The translations under genes and the position numbers were made by a program. From Tricharina praecox (Eukaryota): DNA of 64,000 nucleotides. The stretch is from positions 558,001 through 622,000 of the forward strand of contig NW_026250410.1 of NCBI RefSeq assembly GCF_024521635.1, read 5' to 3'. Shown here piece by piece: positions 40,712-53,708 of this stretch. The first letter of the stretch is position 1. Each line of letters starts with the position of its first letter. The notes under the pieces are model-generated. The model saw only the letters and a list, made by a program, of their open reading frames with translations. It was not told the DNA's origin and did no database searches.

Positions 40712-40975
40712 TTCTCATCTACTCATCGCTCAATCATTCTGAAAACTAACTTTTACACGCCCACTTACTCGTCCTTCTCCTACCTCGATCGACTACTTCC
40801 TCATCTACTCATTGCTCTCTCGTGTTGAAAACCAACTTCTATACACCATTTCCGCGCCATTCTCTTTCCTCGATCGACTACTTCCTCATCTACCCATCGC
40901 TCTCTCGTGTTGAAGACAAATTTCTACACGCCACTTCCTCGTCCTTCTCATGCCTCGATCGACCATCTCCTACAT
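40712..40975. repeat. About 85-bp tandem repeat, about 3 diverged copies
   Basis: Units start GAAAACTAAC (40741), GAAAACCAAC (40827), GAAGACAAAT (40912) and share CCTCGATCGAC..TCATCTAC..GCTCTCTCGTGTT. Confidence 0.85.
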
Positions 40976-41500
40976 ATTACTTCTTCGTCCTTATTTCTGA
41001 CTCCACCTCATCACTTCCGCTTCCTTTCCTCATCTCACCATCACTTCCTCACTCTTACTTCTCGTATCATCTTCAGCCACCTCTACAAGGTGGTTGATCT
41101 TCCTTTCATCCTTTTCATCTCCCATCACCACCCCATCCTCAGCCTACCCAGTACCTACTCGACCTCCAGTCAACAAGGTGAATCGACTGGCGGTTCAATC
41201 GAATGGGCAGTTCAATCAGATGAATCGGTTCGGCACGAGAATCAACGCAACTTGCTCCCTCGTCTCTACTTACTCTTCGAGTACGAGCTCTTCGACTACT
41301 GAATGAAGGCCGCTTGACGGCATTACGAGGCGAAAGCCGGGGGGATATGGACCAGCAACCCACAATACTGTAGGTAATCACTACGATCACTATGTCTGGC
41401 CCGGTATACTAGCTAACTAACTACTCGCAGCCCCCCGGCCTGTTGGCCCTGCTCACTCCCGACATTTAGTTTTCTCCGGAGATCGATGTCACGCCTTTCG

Positions 41501-41684
41501 TGCAACAGGCTGGCGATTACGTACGCGAGATGGTGGAAGGACAATATGAATTCTGTCAGTATGAAGATGGGAGCAAGTTCGCTCGCAGTTTCAATAGGCT
41601 GGCGGTTACGTGCGCGAGATGGTGGAAGGACAATGCGAATTCTGTCAGTATCAAGATGGGAGCGAGTTCGCTCGCAGCTTCAAC
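41501..41684. repeat. 89-bp tandem duplication
   Basis: CAA.AGGCTGGCG.TTACGT.CGCGAGATGGTGGAAGGACAAT..GAATTCTGTCAGTAT.AAGATGGGAGC.AGTTCGCTCGCAG at 41503 and 41592. Confidence 0.9.
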
Positions 41685-41839
41685 ATTGAATACGCGAAAA
41701 GGACCCGAGGAGAAAGATGACAAGACGGACGCGGATGCAGTCGTCTGGGCCATCACCATCAACCCGGGGGGGCGGGCGGGTTGATCGGGGAGGGTGGAGC
41801 GCAGGGGGTGGGGCGCAGAGGGTGGGGCGCAGGTTTTGT

Positions 41840-41983
41840 CTCGGGGGTAGGGCTGGGCGAAGAGCAATAGGAAACCTGTATTGAGCTCGCGGCGAGCGGT
41901 TGGTGATAGATGGGTGGAAACGGATATGTAATCTGCCATGATCTACCAAGGTCGAATGCAATGATGATTAAACAAAACAAAAA
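41840..41983 (+). mobile_element. LINE-type 3' tail copy
   Basis: GGAAACGG..TGCCATGATCTAC..GGTCGAATGCAATGATGATTAAACAAAACAAAAA; 5' boundary approximate. Confidence 0.65.
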
Positions 41984-42301
41984 GGCTGTTTGCGTCACAG
42001 CGTACCATGAAATCATCAGTCACCCTTCTTCCCAAACTACTGGATGCTTAAGATGATTGAAAGATACCATAAATGTCCGTCTTCCTTTTCGAACGGCGGA
42101 TTACTATGCTCGGCGTGAGTCGTAACAGCAACTCATCAATCTCGTCTTTTTGGGGGGGACTTATGCAGGGCAGGGCTGGAAGGATGAACTGCTATCGTTG
42201 ATATGTAAGTTCCTGCACCCTCAAATCTCACTCTGACGCCTCACTGGCTTCGTCTTCTCCCGCAGATCTATACAGTGTTTACCCTCATCGCCGCCTGTAG
42301 A

Positions 42302-43323
42302 TGTTGTAATATCTCACTCGTTGCTTAGTCGTTTATGCGGTCATGACGTCGGGAAGCACTGGCCGCCTACCACCGCTCTTTTATGTCTTCTCTCGAGGCT
42401 TTCAGACTCTTAACAATACAATACTTGGAGTTTTTTTGTTCATTCATTGATTGCTCCCCGTTTCCCCGCCACTGTCCAACCCAACTTTCATCAGGCGCCC
42501 GATGTGACTTTCCCTGCCCCCGCCGTGGCCTGTCCCAACGATGTATGAGCGCACCAAAGAAATGACACTATGAAAAGACAACTTCCACTCCCTCGACTCG
42601 TCCCTGCCTCACTACAAGTCACTAGTTCTCGTCGCCGCCTCCTGCCTCTTCATCAGAAGATGACATGCAGGAAGGTGTAGATGGAAACAGCGGGAGTGAT
42701 CCCGGTTCCTCAATCTCAGCACCCTCCTCCTCCTCCTCTTGCCTCAGGTCCGCCTCCCTTTTCTCCCGCTCCTGAGCTCCTACTCGGATACCTCACTTGC
42801 TGCATCTTCCTCCGTAGCCTCTGGCATCCATCTGCCCACATCAGTGGAAGAGAGGAACTCTAGGATGGCCTTACTGCATCGCTCATCTGCAAAGAGGTCC
42901 CGGATTTTGAAGCGGTCTTTGCCCCTCCCTGTCTGCTTCCGGACTTCTGCCCATAGTGTCTTTTGCTGAATTTCCCATTCAGGGCAATTTTTGAAGAGGT
43001 GCTCCCGGGTCTGGGTCTTGTAGCGACACCATCCGCAGCGGGCGTCTGGTCGGCTTTTCGTCCACTGGAGGTACATACTGGCCTGTTAGGCAGTGTCCTG
43101 TCTTGAGTTGGAAGAATATCGAGGCCAGGCGCTTGGGGGCCATCGCTGGATTTGGGTCAGGTCTCTGGCCGGATTTCCAGCCGTACCGATACTTCTTGTG
43201 AGTGACTCTGCTATCAGCCCATGCCTTGGTTTCCTTTCATTTGGCTTCCGAGATCCCGCGCTTCAGATAGGCAAGCGATGGGGGTGGCAGAGGTCATACA
43301 ATACTTGTACACACATTCCAGCA
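42302..43323. mobile_element. Putative solo LTR interrupted by a LINE insertion
   Basis: Starts TGTTG (42302), resumes after the LINE and ends CAGCA (43323); flanks GTAGA/GTATA resemble a 5-bp TSD with one mismatch; homologous to 40102-40276. Confidence 0.7.
42428..43295 (-). mobile_element. 5'-truncated LINE (Tad/I-like) encoding the decayed ORF2 C-terminal zinc-knuckle region
   Basis: SLAYLKRGISEAK*..KRLASIFFQLKTGHCLTGQY/LQWT..CGWC..QTREHLFKNCPEW..LWAEVRKQTGRGK..IRDLFADERCSKAILEFLSSTDVGR; one stop and one frameshift; A-tail; 12-bp TSD ATACAATACTTG at 42416-42427 and 43296-43307. Confidence 0.9.
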
Positions 43324-46205
43324 GTATAAACTGAGACATATCGAGTGACCTTCTATGATAGTTGACGTCAGCCTCCTACACCTCACTGCATGAATGCGGC
43401 TGGATGTACGGTAGCAACCAGTCAGTCGCTGAGCTCCGCATCCCAAATCCAACATACGCACGCCTACAATGTTGCTCACCACATCCACCGAAGTACCACT
43501 TGAATGCTCTAGTCTACTCTCACCATCAGGGCCGGGTCTAGCCTTCTCGTTCGTCATATTCTATGAAATCCTCGTATGTCATATGTCCTACGTATACGTC
43601 GGCTATAACTAGTAGTGAATGATTTCCCTCAGCTAATCGCGCGGGAGCATATAGGCATCCTTCGTCCTACAGCACGTCTGGATCCTCGAGCGCGAGACGA
43701 CGGAGGGCATCAGTTCGCTGTTCGTATTGCTGGGGGTAACATAATGGGGAGTCCTCGGGTGCTGTGGCAAAGGCATCGGCGGGTTCAACTGCATTGCGGC
43801 GTCGATGGGTGTTGCGCAGGTTGCGCAGCAGTGGGTCTGTTCCGTTGTTTTGTATGTCTACCGAGTCCCCCCGTCTTTCCAGCCGCCTAATGAGGATGTG
43901 TGTGTGTGCTCGGCAGTCTCATGTTGTTTCAGGCTGTGCACAACCAGCGGGAGAGCGCACCAACGGGCTGGAAGGCAAAAGGTATCGCCGTCTTGTCGGC
44001 TCTGCACTTTGTCGTGATGGCGGTGACGACATGGCGGCTTTCGGTCCGACACTCGTCGGCCACCACGACGATGACGACAGACCCGACACTTCCCCCGCAG
44101 CCAGCGGATACGCTCGTGTGGTGAGCCGATGTTTTGGGTGTGCAAGGCATCATCCTGGTGTCGATCCAATATATCTGGCAGCTGTATACCACGGTCACGT
44201 CGGCTTGTCCCGAGGGTTTCAGTATTCCGATGATGTGTATTCAGTCCCCCCTGAGTGTGGGTGGGCGGTCACCCTGGTTGCGAGGGTGGGTACCAGGTGG
44301 AGTAGTTGGATAATGTATTTAGTTCCGGGTACGCTGCAGAGCTGGCTGTTGGTTCTGTGTGTGGTGATGGAAGTTATGGTAAGGAAGTTCCGTATGGCGC
44401 TCGATAGGCTATTTGCGGCGCTAGGGAATGAGGGGAATGAGAGGAATGAAAGGAATGAAAGGAATGAGAGGAGCTCATTGTTGGCTAGGACGAGATAACG
44501 AGAGGATTTCCATCATGTCGATTACTTTCATACTTTAGGTATTTAGTCTGACAGTTTCCTTCACATATGTAGGACTTCCTCGCTTCCTCCCGGGCTACAT
44601 CATGGTGGTGCACTTTGAATAAAGCCTAGTAGCGCCAGTAGAAACTACATGCACAAGAGAGACCGAAAAACATACCGACCCAACTCCGAGAAGAGCTGTT
44701 CCAACGCCAAAGGTACTATAGATTAGGTACCGAGCACAAACTTCAGATAGGCGTGGGTATGTTCTCACAGATTTTCTGAAACGGCAAGATCCATATCACC
44801 ACCTGGTTTATATTGAAATAAATGTTGATATTGGATCCTTACACTTCCGGTGTTGAGAATCCGGCCAGAAATAGTATCTACCAAGTAGGTATTCGGCCCA
44901 GGAGTCCAGGACTGACTCCGACTCCGACTGAGGACTCGGTAAACTCGTGCGTTGCCGCAACGCCACCTGCTCCACTCGGTCTCCCTCCGGTAAGCTTCTT
45001 AGGTTGACTCAAACAGTCAGTACATATACTCGGCATTAGAAATCCCCGCGGAAACTCAAGGCTCACACTGGTAGACCGAATGTCCACGGCCGACGACTGC
45101 AGCCTAAAGACCAACGTTACATGCATTGCTGTCGGTTTTCAAACAGTCCCCGATTAACTGTTTGACCAGAGCACTCAGTTGAGGATCTCTGAGTCGGATT
45201 ATTGCCGTCGACTGTTTGTCGATTGATATTGTCTCGCCCTGGCGGCCCTGTAGTTGTTCCGCCGGCTGATGTTGAAGAAAAGTGCGTCACCACAGCCTGG
45301 CAAACTCAAAAGCCAGGACGCGTAGTGTGGGAAAAATATGACACGCAATGGACATTCGCAATGGCATGCGCAACGGTCATACACAATGAGGGAAGAGAAA
45401 GCTCGGAGATTGGAACACAGGTGTCGTTCTATATAACTCTGTATCTCTTGCTTGTTGTATAAAAACCTCCCATGTTGTCCGCTCTTTTGTTTCTCAACTA
45501 AGAAGTATGTACCTAGACGGTCGATTTAATCACTGATTCTCCGCCTCTCTTCCGTCCGTACGATCAAACTTCCGCACCGCCCAACAACGGACGTGGTATT
45601 ATATTTATGATATCTAGATTGTATAGCGGGCTACGTCCAGGAAAACGGAGAATTCTTTGACACTGTACGTACCGATAGGTGTCTTTTTGAAGTCTATTCT
45701 ACCGCAAGGCCTCCTCACGTGCAAGCCTCCGTACGACGCCACACATTCTTCTATGTGGCTGGTACCTGCGCGATCACAGATTATGATGCGTGCATTACCG
45801 AATGAGGACTGTCTACTGTCAAGTGTCAGCTGCCCGAAAAATATTACATACCAATTTAGAAATGATCACGTTGCGCACGAGATGGCGGGTAACCAAAGGA
45901 GATACCAGTGGCGGATGAGTCTCGGGCATATGAGCAAATAAACAATTACATATGATTTTTAATGTCGGGACCCTTCTAGACGCTTATGGAAAATGCCGAG
46001 ACGATCAACGCGTCTTACCCAGAAGCTCAGCCTCGTGGTAAGGCTGGTCCGGCCGCCATAACTATCCCCCACGAGCCCACGGTCGTTCCTCTGTTAGCTA
46101 CATACATTATCTACACTCGCTCGCCCGCTCGCTCGCGCACCTTCCTTTCACCGACTTTTTCACCCGCAGTGGTGATACCTATCTAGGAATTCAAATTCCA
46201 TCGCG

Positions 46206-47253
46206 ATGGCGACCAGTCGGGATCGCGAGGAAATCCTCAAGAACGCGGACATAGCTTCGATCGGCTCGCACTGCGACATCGACACCTGCAAACAGCTCGA
46301 CTTCCTACCGTTCGTTTGTGAATCCTGCAAAGGGTACGGTATCATCCGCCTCCTTTCGCGGCGCCCCACCAAGCGCGTGAATCATCGACACTCTAACACG
46401 AAGCTATCGCGAACTACTATAGGACGTTCTGCCTCGACCACCGCACCGAAACCGCGCATTCCTGCAAGAAAGCCGGGTCCTGGCTCTCCTCGCTGCGTCT
46501 GAAGCCCGCGCAATCCATCCCCGCCGCCCCGAAGACTCGAGGCCTCCTCGCTGCGCCTTGCGCCGCAGAAAAATGCAAGACCACCGTCAACACACCCACG
46601 CAGCCCGGCGTAAACTGCGTCATCTGCCGGAAACAATACTGTTTAGCACACCGACTCCAGGATTCACACGACTGCAAGCCGCTGCCGGCACCCGCCGCGT
46701 CGGTCGCCCAGGAGAAGGCGAAGGAGGCGCTGTCGAAGTTTAGGGCGTGGGGCTCCCAGAAGGGTGCGGAGACGACTACGACGGGAAGCGGAATTTTTGC
46801 GGGCCTTAGGAAGAAACCGGCGAATACGAGCGTTGCCGCTGTCTTGAAGATGAAGAAGGAGGCAAAGGGGGATGAGAAAGTTCCCCAGGAGAAAAGGGTC
46901 TACCTTTTCGTGGAGGCGGAGGCGAGGACTACGTCGGCGAAGATTCCGAAGGGCACGTTTTGGTACTCGAAGGTGTGTGTTCGAACTAGTTACGTCGTGT
47001 GGGATGGGATATGGGTGCTGACGATGCTTGACAGGATTGGAGCGTAGGGAGGGTCCTTGATGTCGCGGCAAAGAGCCTGCAGGTTACCAACCTGAACAAC
47101 CAAGGCGATAGCGAAGAGAAGCGGTTGCGCATATACCACGTCGAGGGTGGGAGGGTATTGACCTTCGGCGAGAAGATTGGAGACACTACGATCAACGGCA
47201 ATACTTTGGTTTTGCTGCGAGGGCTGCATATGCCCGATATGCTTGTAGAGTAG
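46206..47253 (+). CDS. AN1-type zinc finger protein with C-terminal ubiquitin-like domain (Cuz1/ZFAND1-like), 2 introns
   Basis: IGSHC..[23 protein letters not shown]..HSC; second finger C..CRKQYCLAHR..HDC; AKGD..VPQEKRVYL; WSVGRVLDVAAKSL. Confidence 0.9.
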
Positions 47254-47796
47254 AGATGGAATGCGGGGCTGTACGACGAGGGCTCCATGCGCGGACTTGA
47301 GACATGTGCTGCTGGAACTGGTTGGAACGGATGGTTAAGATGGATGAACGGGCGTTTTTGTTGTTGATTTCACGAGCATCTTCACTTCATATATTTTCCC
47401 TACATACTTTGTTACCGCACTTGGCCAGTATATTGATAGATTTCTCTATACAAATTCGGCTATGATGGAGTAGATCTGGCTTAAAAATTCTAGAACTGCG
47501 GACATCCGTCATGGAGTTACGGCCTCGACATTGCCGACCACCACCGAAATCCCCAGACACGAGCTTTAGCGAAGATCAGCCATTACGTTGCTGCAGCCCA
47601 GATGCCTCGGCTAACAGCTTCCCCCGGCACCTGGCGAGCGCGCATTACCGCTCCACATCTGGGAAGCCATTTCCTCTTCGTTTAAAGATCTCTCTCTTCC
47701 CCACACATTTGAAGACGGTCCTAACACCTCCACCAATACTGCCTCTCTTCCTCTACCGATTATTCCCAAGTCTATAATCATCACCGAACGCCCATC

Positions 47797-49002
47797 ATGT
47801 CTGGAAGTGAGTGCCACAGTCCCGTCTGCTGCGTGTCGGTTGTGGGTGCAGTTACTGATGACGCGAAATAGCAATCACCACCGAATTCACCAAGCTGTTC
47901 AAGATCCAGCACCCCATCGCGCTGGCTGGTATGAATGTTGCCGCTGGTCCCAAACTCGCCGCCGCGGTCACAAATGCCGGTGGTATCGGTGTCATTGGAG
48001 GTGTCGGGTACACCCCTGAGATGCTGAAGGATCAGGTTCGCGTCCCCTCTTCCCTCCCTCCCTCAGCCCCTCAGCCGCACTCGGAATCTAACGAATGTCC
48101 TTCTCCAGATCGCTGAGCTCAAGTCCTACCTGAACGACAAGAAGGCGCCCTTCGGCGTTGACCTCCTCCTGCCCAAGGTCGGAGCCGGCGCCCGCGCCAC
48201 AAACTACGACTACACCAAGGGCAAGCTCGGAGCTCTCGTCGACATCATCATTGAGTCCGGCGCGGTTCTCTTCGTCTCGGCCGTCGGTATCCCTCCCAAG
48301 CCCGTCGTCGACCGTCTCCACAAGGCCGGAATCGCATACATGAACATGATCGGCCACCCCAAGCACGTCGCCAAGTGCATCGAGGCCGGAGTCGACATCA
48401 TCTGCGCGCAGGGAGGAGAGGGTGGTGGCCACACTGGAGACGTCCCCACGTCCATCCTCATCCCCACCGTCGTCGACCTCGCGAAGAAGGCTACCTCGCC
48501 ACTCACCGGAAAGCCCGTCATGGTTGTTGCTGCCGGCGGTATCTACAACGGAAAGTCGCTTGCTGCCTCGCTCATGATGGGCGCTGAGGCCGTCTGGGTC
48601 GGCACCAGGTTCATCCTTGCTGAGGAGGCTGGAGCGCCCAAGGCGCACCAGGAGGCGGTCCGCACCGCTGGCTTCGACGACACCATCCGCACCATCATCT
48701 TCACTGGTCGCCCCCTGCGAGTACGGAAGAACGACTACATTGAGAACTGGGAGGTCAACCGTCGCGACGAGATCAAGGAGCTCACCAATAAGGGTGTCAT
48801 TCCCGTCGAGTACGACATTGAGAAGCTGGATGAGGCCGACAACCTCGACGATGAGACCATGGACAACGCCCGTCCGTTCCTGATGGGCAAGGTCGCTGCA
48901 GTGGTCAACGATAAGTTGCCCGCTAAGGTCATTGTCGACCAGATGGTTGAGGAGGCGGTTGCGCAGCTGAAGAAGAGCCAAACGCTGCTGGCGAAGTTGT
49001 AA
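47797..49002 (+). CDS. Nitronate monooxygenase / FabK-like (2-nitropropane dioxygenase family) FMN enzyme with C-terminal PTS1 (AKL), 2 introns
   Basis: IQHPIALAGM..AAVTNAGGIGVIG..PFGVDL..AQGGEGGGHTG..VVAAGGIYNG..MGAEAVWVGTRF; ends LLAKL*. Confidence 0.92.
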
Positions 49003-50534
49003 AATTGGGGCTTTAGGCCATGGTGTTTGCTTTTACTTTTACTTTTATTTTCTCTTTACTTGATGATCACTGTGCAATACCTGTTTTTTTAGCATTGTCT
49101 CGCTGGGTTATATATTTTTTCTTTCGATTATATGGAAATGGTCTCATTCCATCTACGATAATCGTTCTCGTTCATTGGTGATCTTGTGCTCATAATTCAT
49201 TGAAGTGCTTTCACTCAAAAATCTTCACAGGAAACGCGGAGACCGAGATGCACTAGAGTATCCGCCATGTCTGCTGACCAGACCTCGGCACTGGCACATG
49301 CGAGCCGATGCCTTGATAAAGTAATCCAGCGTCCACTGCAGAGTCCGAAGCTGTACCATGCGTGGGGTATATGGGACCACATGCACCTATGTACCGCTTA
49401 GATACCTACGGTACACATGTTCCCTACCCCACACGTTTTCCATGCAGACAAACAGACGGCGGGGAAAACTCCGGCTCCGGGTCTAACCAAAGTGCGTACA
49501 TATCAGAATAAGTGTGTTCTGCGGAGCCGTGGAATGTGGAGAAACTTTCGGACTTTTTTTTTACACGAGGAAACCACTGGTAAAAGAAAGATTGAGAGAG
49601 CGGTATGTATCTAGAAACGGTATGTACATAGAATGCTTCAGGTATTCTGGGAATAGGCACCTAAGTAAGGTTCAGAACCGTTTCCATGCCGTGAATCGTG
49701 ATGTCTCGTCTCCGTGATATGTGAGGGGGAATGGCGGTGTGATATGAATGGGGCTGCGGCTGCGGCCTGGGTCTGTCTGTCATGTGCCAACGAGCATCCA
49801 ACTGTTCTGAGCGGGTCAGCCGCAGTTGACAAGCACCTCGGAGTAACTTACCGGCAGTGTAACTGTGTACTCTAAACCCTCCAACACGCCATTCACGTTC
49901 CAAGGCCTGTGAGGTACGTAGAGTACATACTGTGGAACCCAGCTGAAACGACGCCTTGGCGAGGCCGTTTTTCCACCCAGAGGTGCAGACCTGGGTGAGA
50001 CGGACAGCTAGAAGTTGTGAATGTGCTGTGACTCGGTTGAGACCAGCTGCGTTTATCGGTTCTACCATGAGCGAAGGGTGTTGTTTTGATTCCATCTGAG
50101 AACGGCCAAATCAATGCACGAGTGGCGAATTTTGGCTGACCGGGTGTATATCTTGTCGGCCGGTCTGTCTGTCTTCTCGTCATTGTCGATACCGTTCCCA
50201 TTGTCGCTTTCTTGTCGTTTTCGTTGTTCGATCTCGCCATTTGATCTTACCATTCAACTTACGAGGATCTCGGAGGACACCTGAATTTAACACAGGTGTC
50301 ATTTCTTGCATTGTGGTTGCTTCTCTTCCAAAAATACAATAAGTCTGTCATCTTTACCCAGTTTGGGTCCACGTCCCCAGTGCTTCAATACTGAAAGTGC
50401 CATTCATTCAATTCACGGATCAATTCTTGTCCTCTCCCCATAGCACGCACTTGTTACTACCGATACCCTCAAACACCGAAGCCGTGGCAGTGGTTGCCGG
50501 AGACGCTAAACCTAAAGCTAACACGTGCCCTCAA

Positions 50535-50546
50535 CCTCGGCCTCGG
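50535..50546. promoter_or_regulatory. Tandem CCTCGG CCTCGG (FarA/FarB-type fatty-acid response elements) upstream of FOX2
   Basis: Two exact copies about 280 bp upstream of the ATG; further copies at 49283 and 49836. CCTCGG is the established FarA/Ctf1 core site in beta-oxidation promoters. Confidence 0.65.
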
Positions 50547-50825
50547 CTTACAGCGGCCGCATCCGAGCTTTCGTCATAAGCTATTACCGGTCCAGCGACA
50601 GCTTCACATGCTATTAATGTGCAGCTGTGATTCCCATAACTTGAGCTGAACCAACATCTTCTTTTCCCTCCAACACTTTTCTCCTCCACCTCCTTCTATT
50701 CTTCCTCCTCCTACTCCATCACATACACATACCTACACCCCACGCGTAGTATTATTACCTCGTAGTCCGACTCGCTCTCTATTTCTTCTACACTCGCATC
50801 GCACACACACATACATACGGAAATC

Positions 50826-53708
50826 ATGAGCTCATCACAAGATACCCTGCGCTTCGACGGAAAGGTCGTTGTCGTGACCGGTGCCGGCGGTGGGCTGGGT
50901 AGAGCATACGCACTCTTCTTTGGTTCGCGAGGAGCCAGCGTCGTCGTCAACGACTTGGGAGGATCATTCAAGGGCGAGGGCAACGACACAAAGGTACGGG
51001 CATACCGGACCGCATTCTTTCTTTTCTCACGCGTACATGCACGGGAAGGGGGAGGGCGACGTTGACTAACGTGTGTGTAACGGTTAGGCAGCGGATGTGG
51101 TCGTGGAAGAAATCAAGAAGGCCGGCGGAAAGGCCGTGGCCAACTACGATTCTGTCGAGTTCGGTGAGAAAATCATCGAGACCGCCGTGCAGGCGTTCGG
51201 CACTGTACACATCCTCCTCAACAATGCGGGTATCCTGCGTGACATCTCCTTCAAGAATATGAAGGACGCCGACTGGGATCTGGTCATGAAGGTGCATGTG
51301 GAGGGGAGTTACAGAGTAAGTTCGACTGAGTGGATGGGGGGTGTTGGGCGCTGCAACGGGGGCTAACGGGAAATGCACAGTGCGCGAAAGCGGCCTGGCC
51401 CATAATGAGGAAGCAGAAGTATGGACGGATAATCAACACTGCCTCCGCGGCTGGATTGTTCGGAAGCTTTGGACAGGCGAACTACTCTGCTGCGAAGCTC
51501 GGTATGGTCGGATTCACGGAGACCCTTGCCCGCGAGGGTGCCAAGTACAACATCATTTGCAATGTCATCGCTCCCATCGCTGCGTCCCGGATGACCGAGA
51601 CTGTTATGCCCCCGGAGGTCCTCGAGAACCTGAAGCCCGACTGGGTTGTCCCCTTGGTTGCTTGTCTTACCCACGAGTCGAACCGCACCGATTCCGGCGG
51701 CATCTACGAGGTCGGTGGTGGTCACATCGCCAAGTTCCGGTGGGAGCGGAGCAAGGGTGCCATCTTCAAGGCCGACGATACCTTGACCCCCAGCGCCATC
51801 ATCAAGGGATGGGCCAAGATCAACGACTTCACCGATCCCGACTACCCTGAGGGACCCAATGACTTCATGGGCTTGCTCGAAGGTGCGAAGAACATGAAGC
51901 CTAATGAGCAGGGCGAGCCCACCGACTTCACTGGGAAGGTTGTCCTCGTTACCGGCGCCGGCGGAGGACTGGGACGTGCCTACGCCCTCATGTTCGCCAA
52001 GCTCGGAGCTTCCGTTGTCGTCAACGATGTCGTCAATCCCGACCCCACCGTCAACGAAATCAGGAAGATGGGCGGAAAGGCTGCGGGTGACAAGCACTCG
52101 GTCGAGGAGGGTGAAGCCGTCATTCAGTCCTGTGTTAAGGCTTTCGGCACCGTCCACGTCATTGTCAACAATGCCGGTATTCTCCGTGACAAGTCCTTCG
52201 CCGCCATGACCGACGAGCAGTGGAACCAGGTGATGGCTGTCCATCTCACGGGAACCTACAAGGTCACCAAGGCGGCCTGGCCCATCATGTTGAAGCAGAA
52301 GTACGGACGTATTATCAACACCGCCTCCACCAGCGGCATCTACGGTAACTTCGGTCAGGCCAACTATGCATGCGCGAAGTTGGCTATCCTCGGATTCTCT
52401 CGCACTCTTGCCCGGGAGGGACAGAAGTACAACATTCTCGTCAACACCATCGCTCCCAACGCCGGTACCGCTATGACCGCCACCATCATGCCCGAGGAGA
52501 TGGTTCGCGCTTTCAAGCCTGAGTATGTCGCTCCCCTCGTCGGTGCCCTCGCTTCCGACAAGGTCCCCGCACCTGGAACCGGTGCCCTCTACGAGGTTGG
52601 CTCCGGCTGGGTTGGCCGCACCCGCTGGCAACGCAGCGGTGGACACGGCTTCCCTGTTGATGTCCCCCTCACACCCGAGGCTGTTCGGGCCGAATGGAAT
52701 GACATCGTGACTTTCAACGACGGACGTTCTGACAACCCCGAGGACCCTCAGGACGCTATCGCCAAGATGATGGCGAACATGAAAAACCGCAAGGGTGGAA
52801 AGCCTGCGGCTAAGCCTGCTGCCGCTCCCAACAAGAAGGTTATCGACGCCATTGAGAAGGCGAAGAAGGCCACCGCTGCAGGGACCCCGTTCACCTATGA
52901 CGACAAGGAGGTCATCCTCTACAACCTCGGTATTGGTGCCAAGCGGACAGACCTCAAGTGGGTGTTTGAGGGTGCCGATGACTTCGAGGTCCTACCCACC
53001 TTCGGTGTGGTTCCGTACTTCAACGCCGAGGTTCCTTTCACCTTCGATGAAATTCTCCCCAAGTTCAACCCCATGATGCTCCTTCACGGCGAACAGTACC
53101 TCGAGATTAAGAAGTTCCCCATCCCCACCTCTGGCACCCTCACCTCTTATCCCTCCCTTGTCGAGGTTGTCGACAAGGGTGCCGCCGCCATCGTCGTAAC
53201 CCGCACTGAGACCAAAGACGCTTCCGGCGCCGTCCTCTTCGTCAACGAGACCACAACCTTCATCCGTGGTTCTGGAGGCTTCGGTGGTTCCCCCAAGGTT
53301 TCGGAACGCGGCGCTGCCACCGCCGCCAACAAGCTCCCCTCGCGCAACCCCGACAAGGTCATCGAGGAGAAGACCACCGAGGACCAAGCCGCGCTGTACC
53401 GTCTCTCCGGCGACCGCAATCCCCTGCACATTGACCCGGCCTTCTCCAGCGTTGGAGGCTTCAAGGACCCCATCCTCCACGGCCTGTGCTTCATGGGTAT
53501 TGCCGGTAAGCACGTTTACCAGAACTTTGGAAAGTTCAAGAACATCAAGGTTCGCTTCGCCGGAACCGTCGTTCCCGGCCAGACGTTGCGCACAGAGATG
53601 TGGAAGGAGGGAAATAAGGTGATCTTCCAGACTAAAGTCGTTGAGACCGGCAAGCTGGCCATCGCGGCGGCCGCGGTGGAGTTGCTGTCTGAGGGCGCGA
53701 AGTTATAG
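50826..53708 (+). CDS. FOX2: Peroxisomal multifunctional beta-oxidation enzyme type 2 (two SDR domains + MaoC-type hydratase 2), PTS1 AKL, 2 introns
   Basis: Two [25 protein letters not shown] domains, [21 protein letters not shown] hydratase motif, ends EGAKL*. Confidence 0.97.

Noticed and set aside
40102..43323. Single intact LTR retrotransposon bounded by the two LTR copies
   Set aside because: No PBS, PPT or gag/pol; the copies are diverged and the second has its own near-TSD.
51363..52646. 427-aa antisense ORF over FOX2 (also the long antisense ORFs over NMO, GDI, FAA1, HAUS6 and AA8-CBM1)
   Set aside because: Expected shadow of strong C-ending codon bias on the sense strand; no recognisable motifs.
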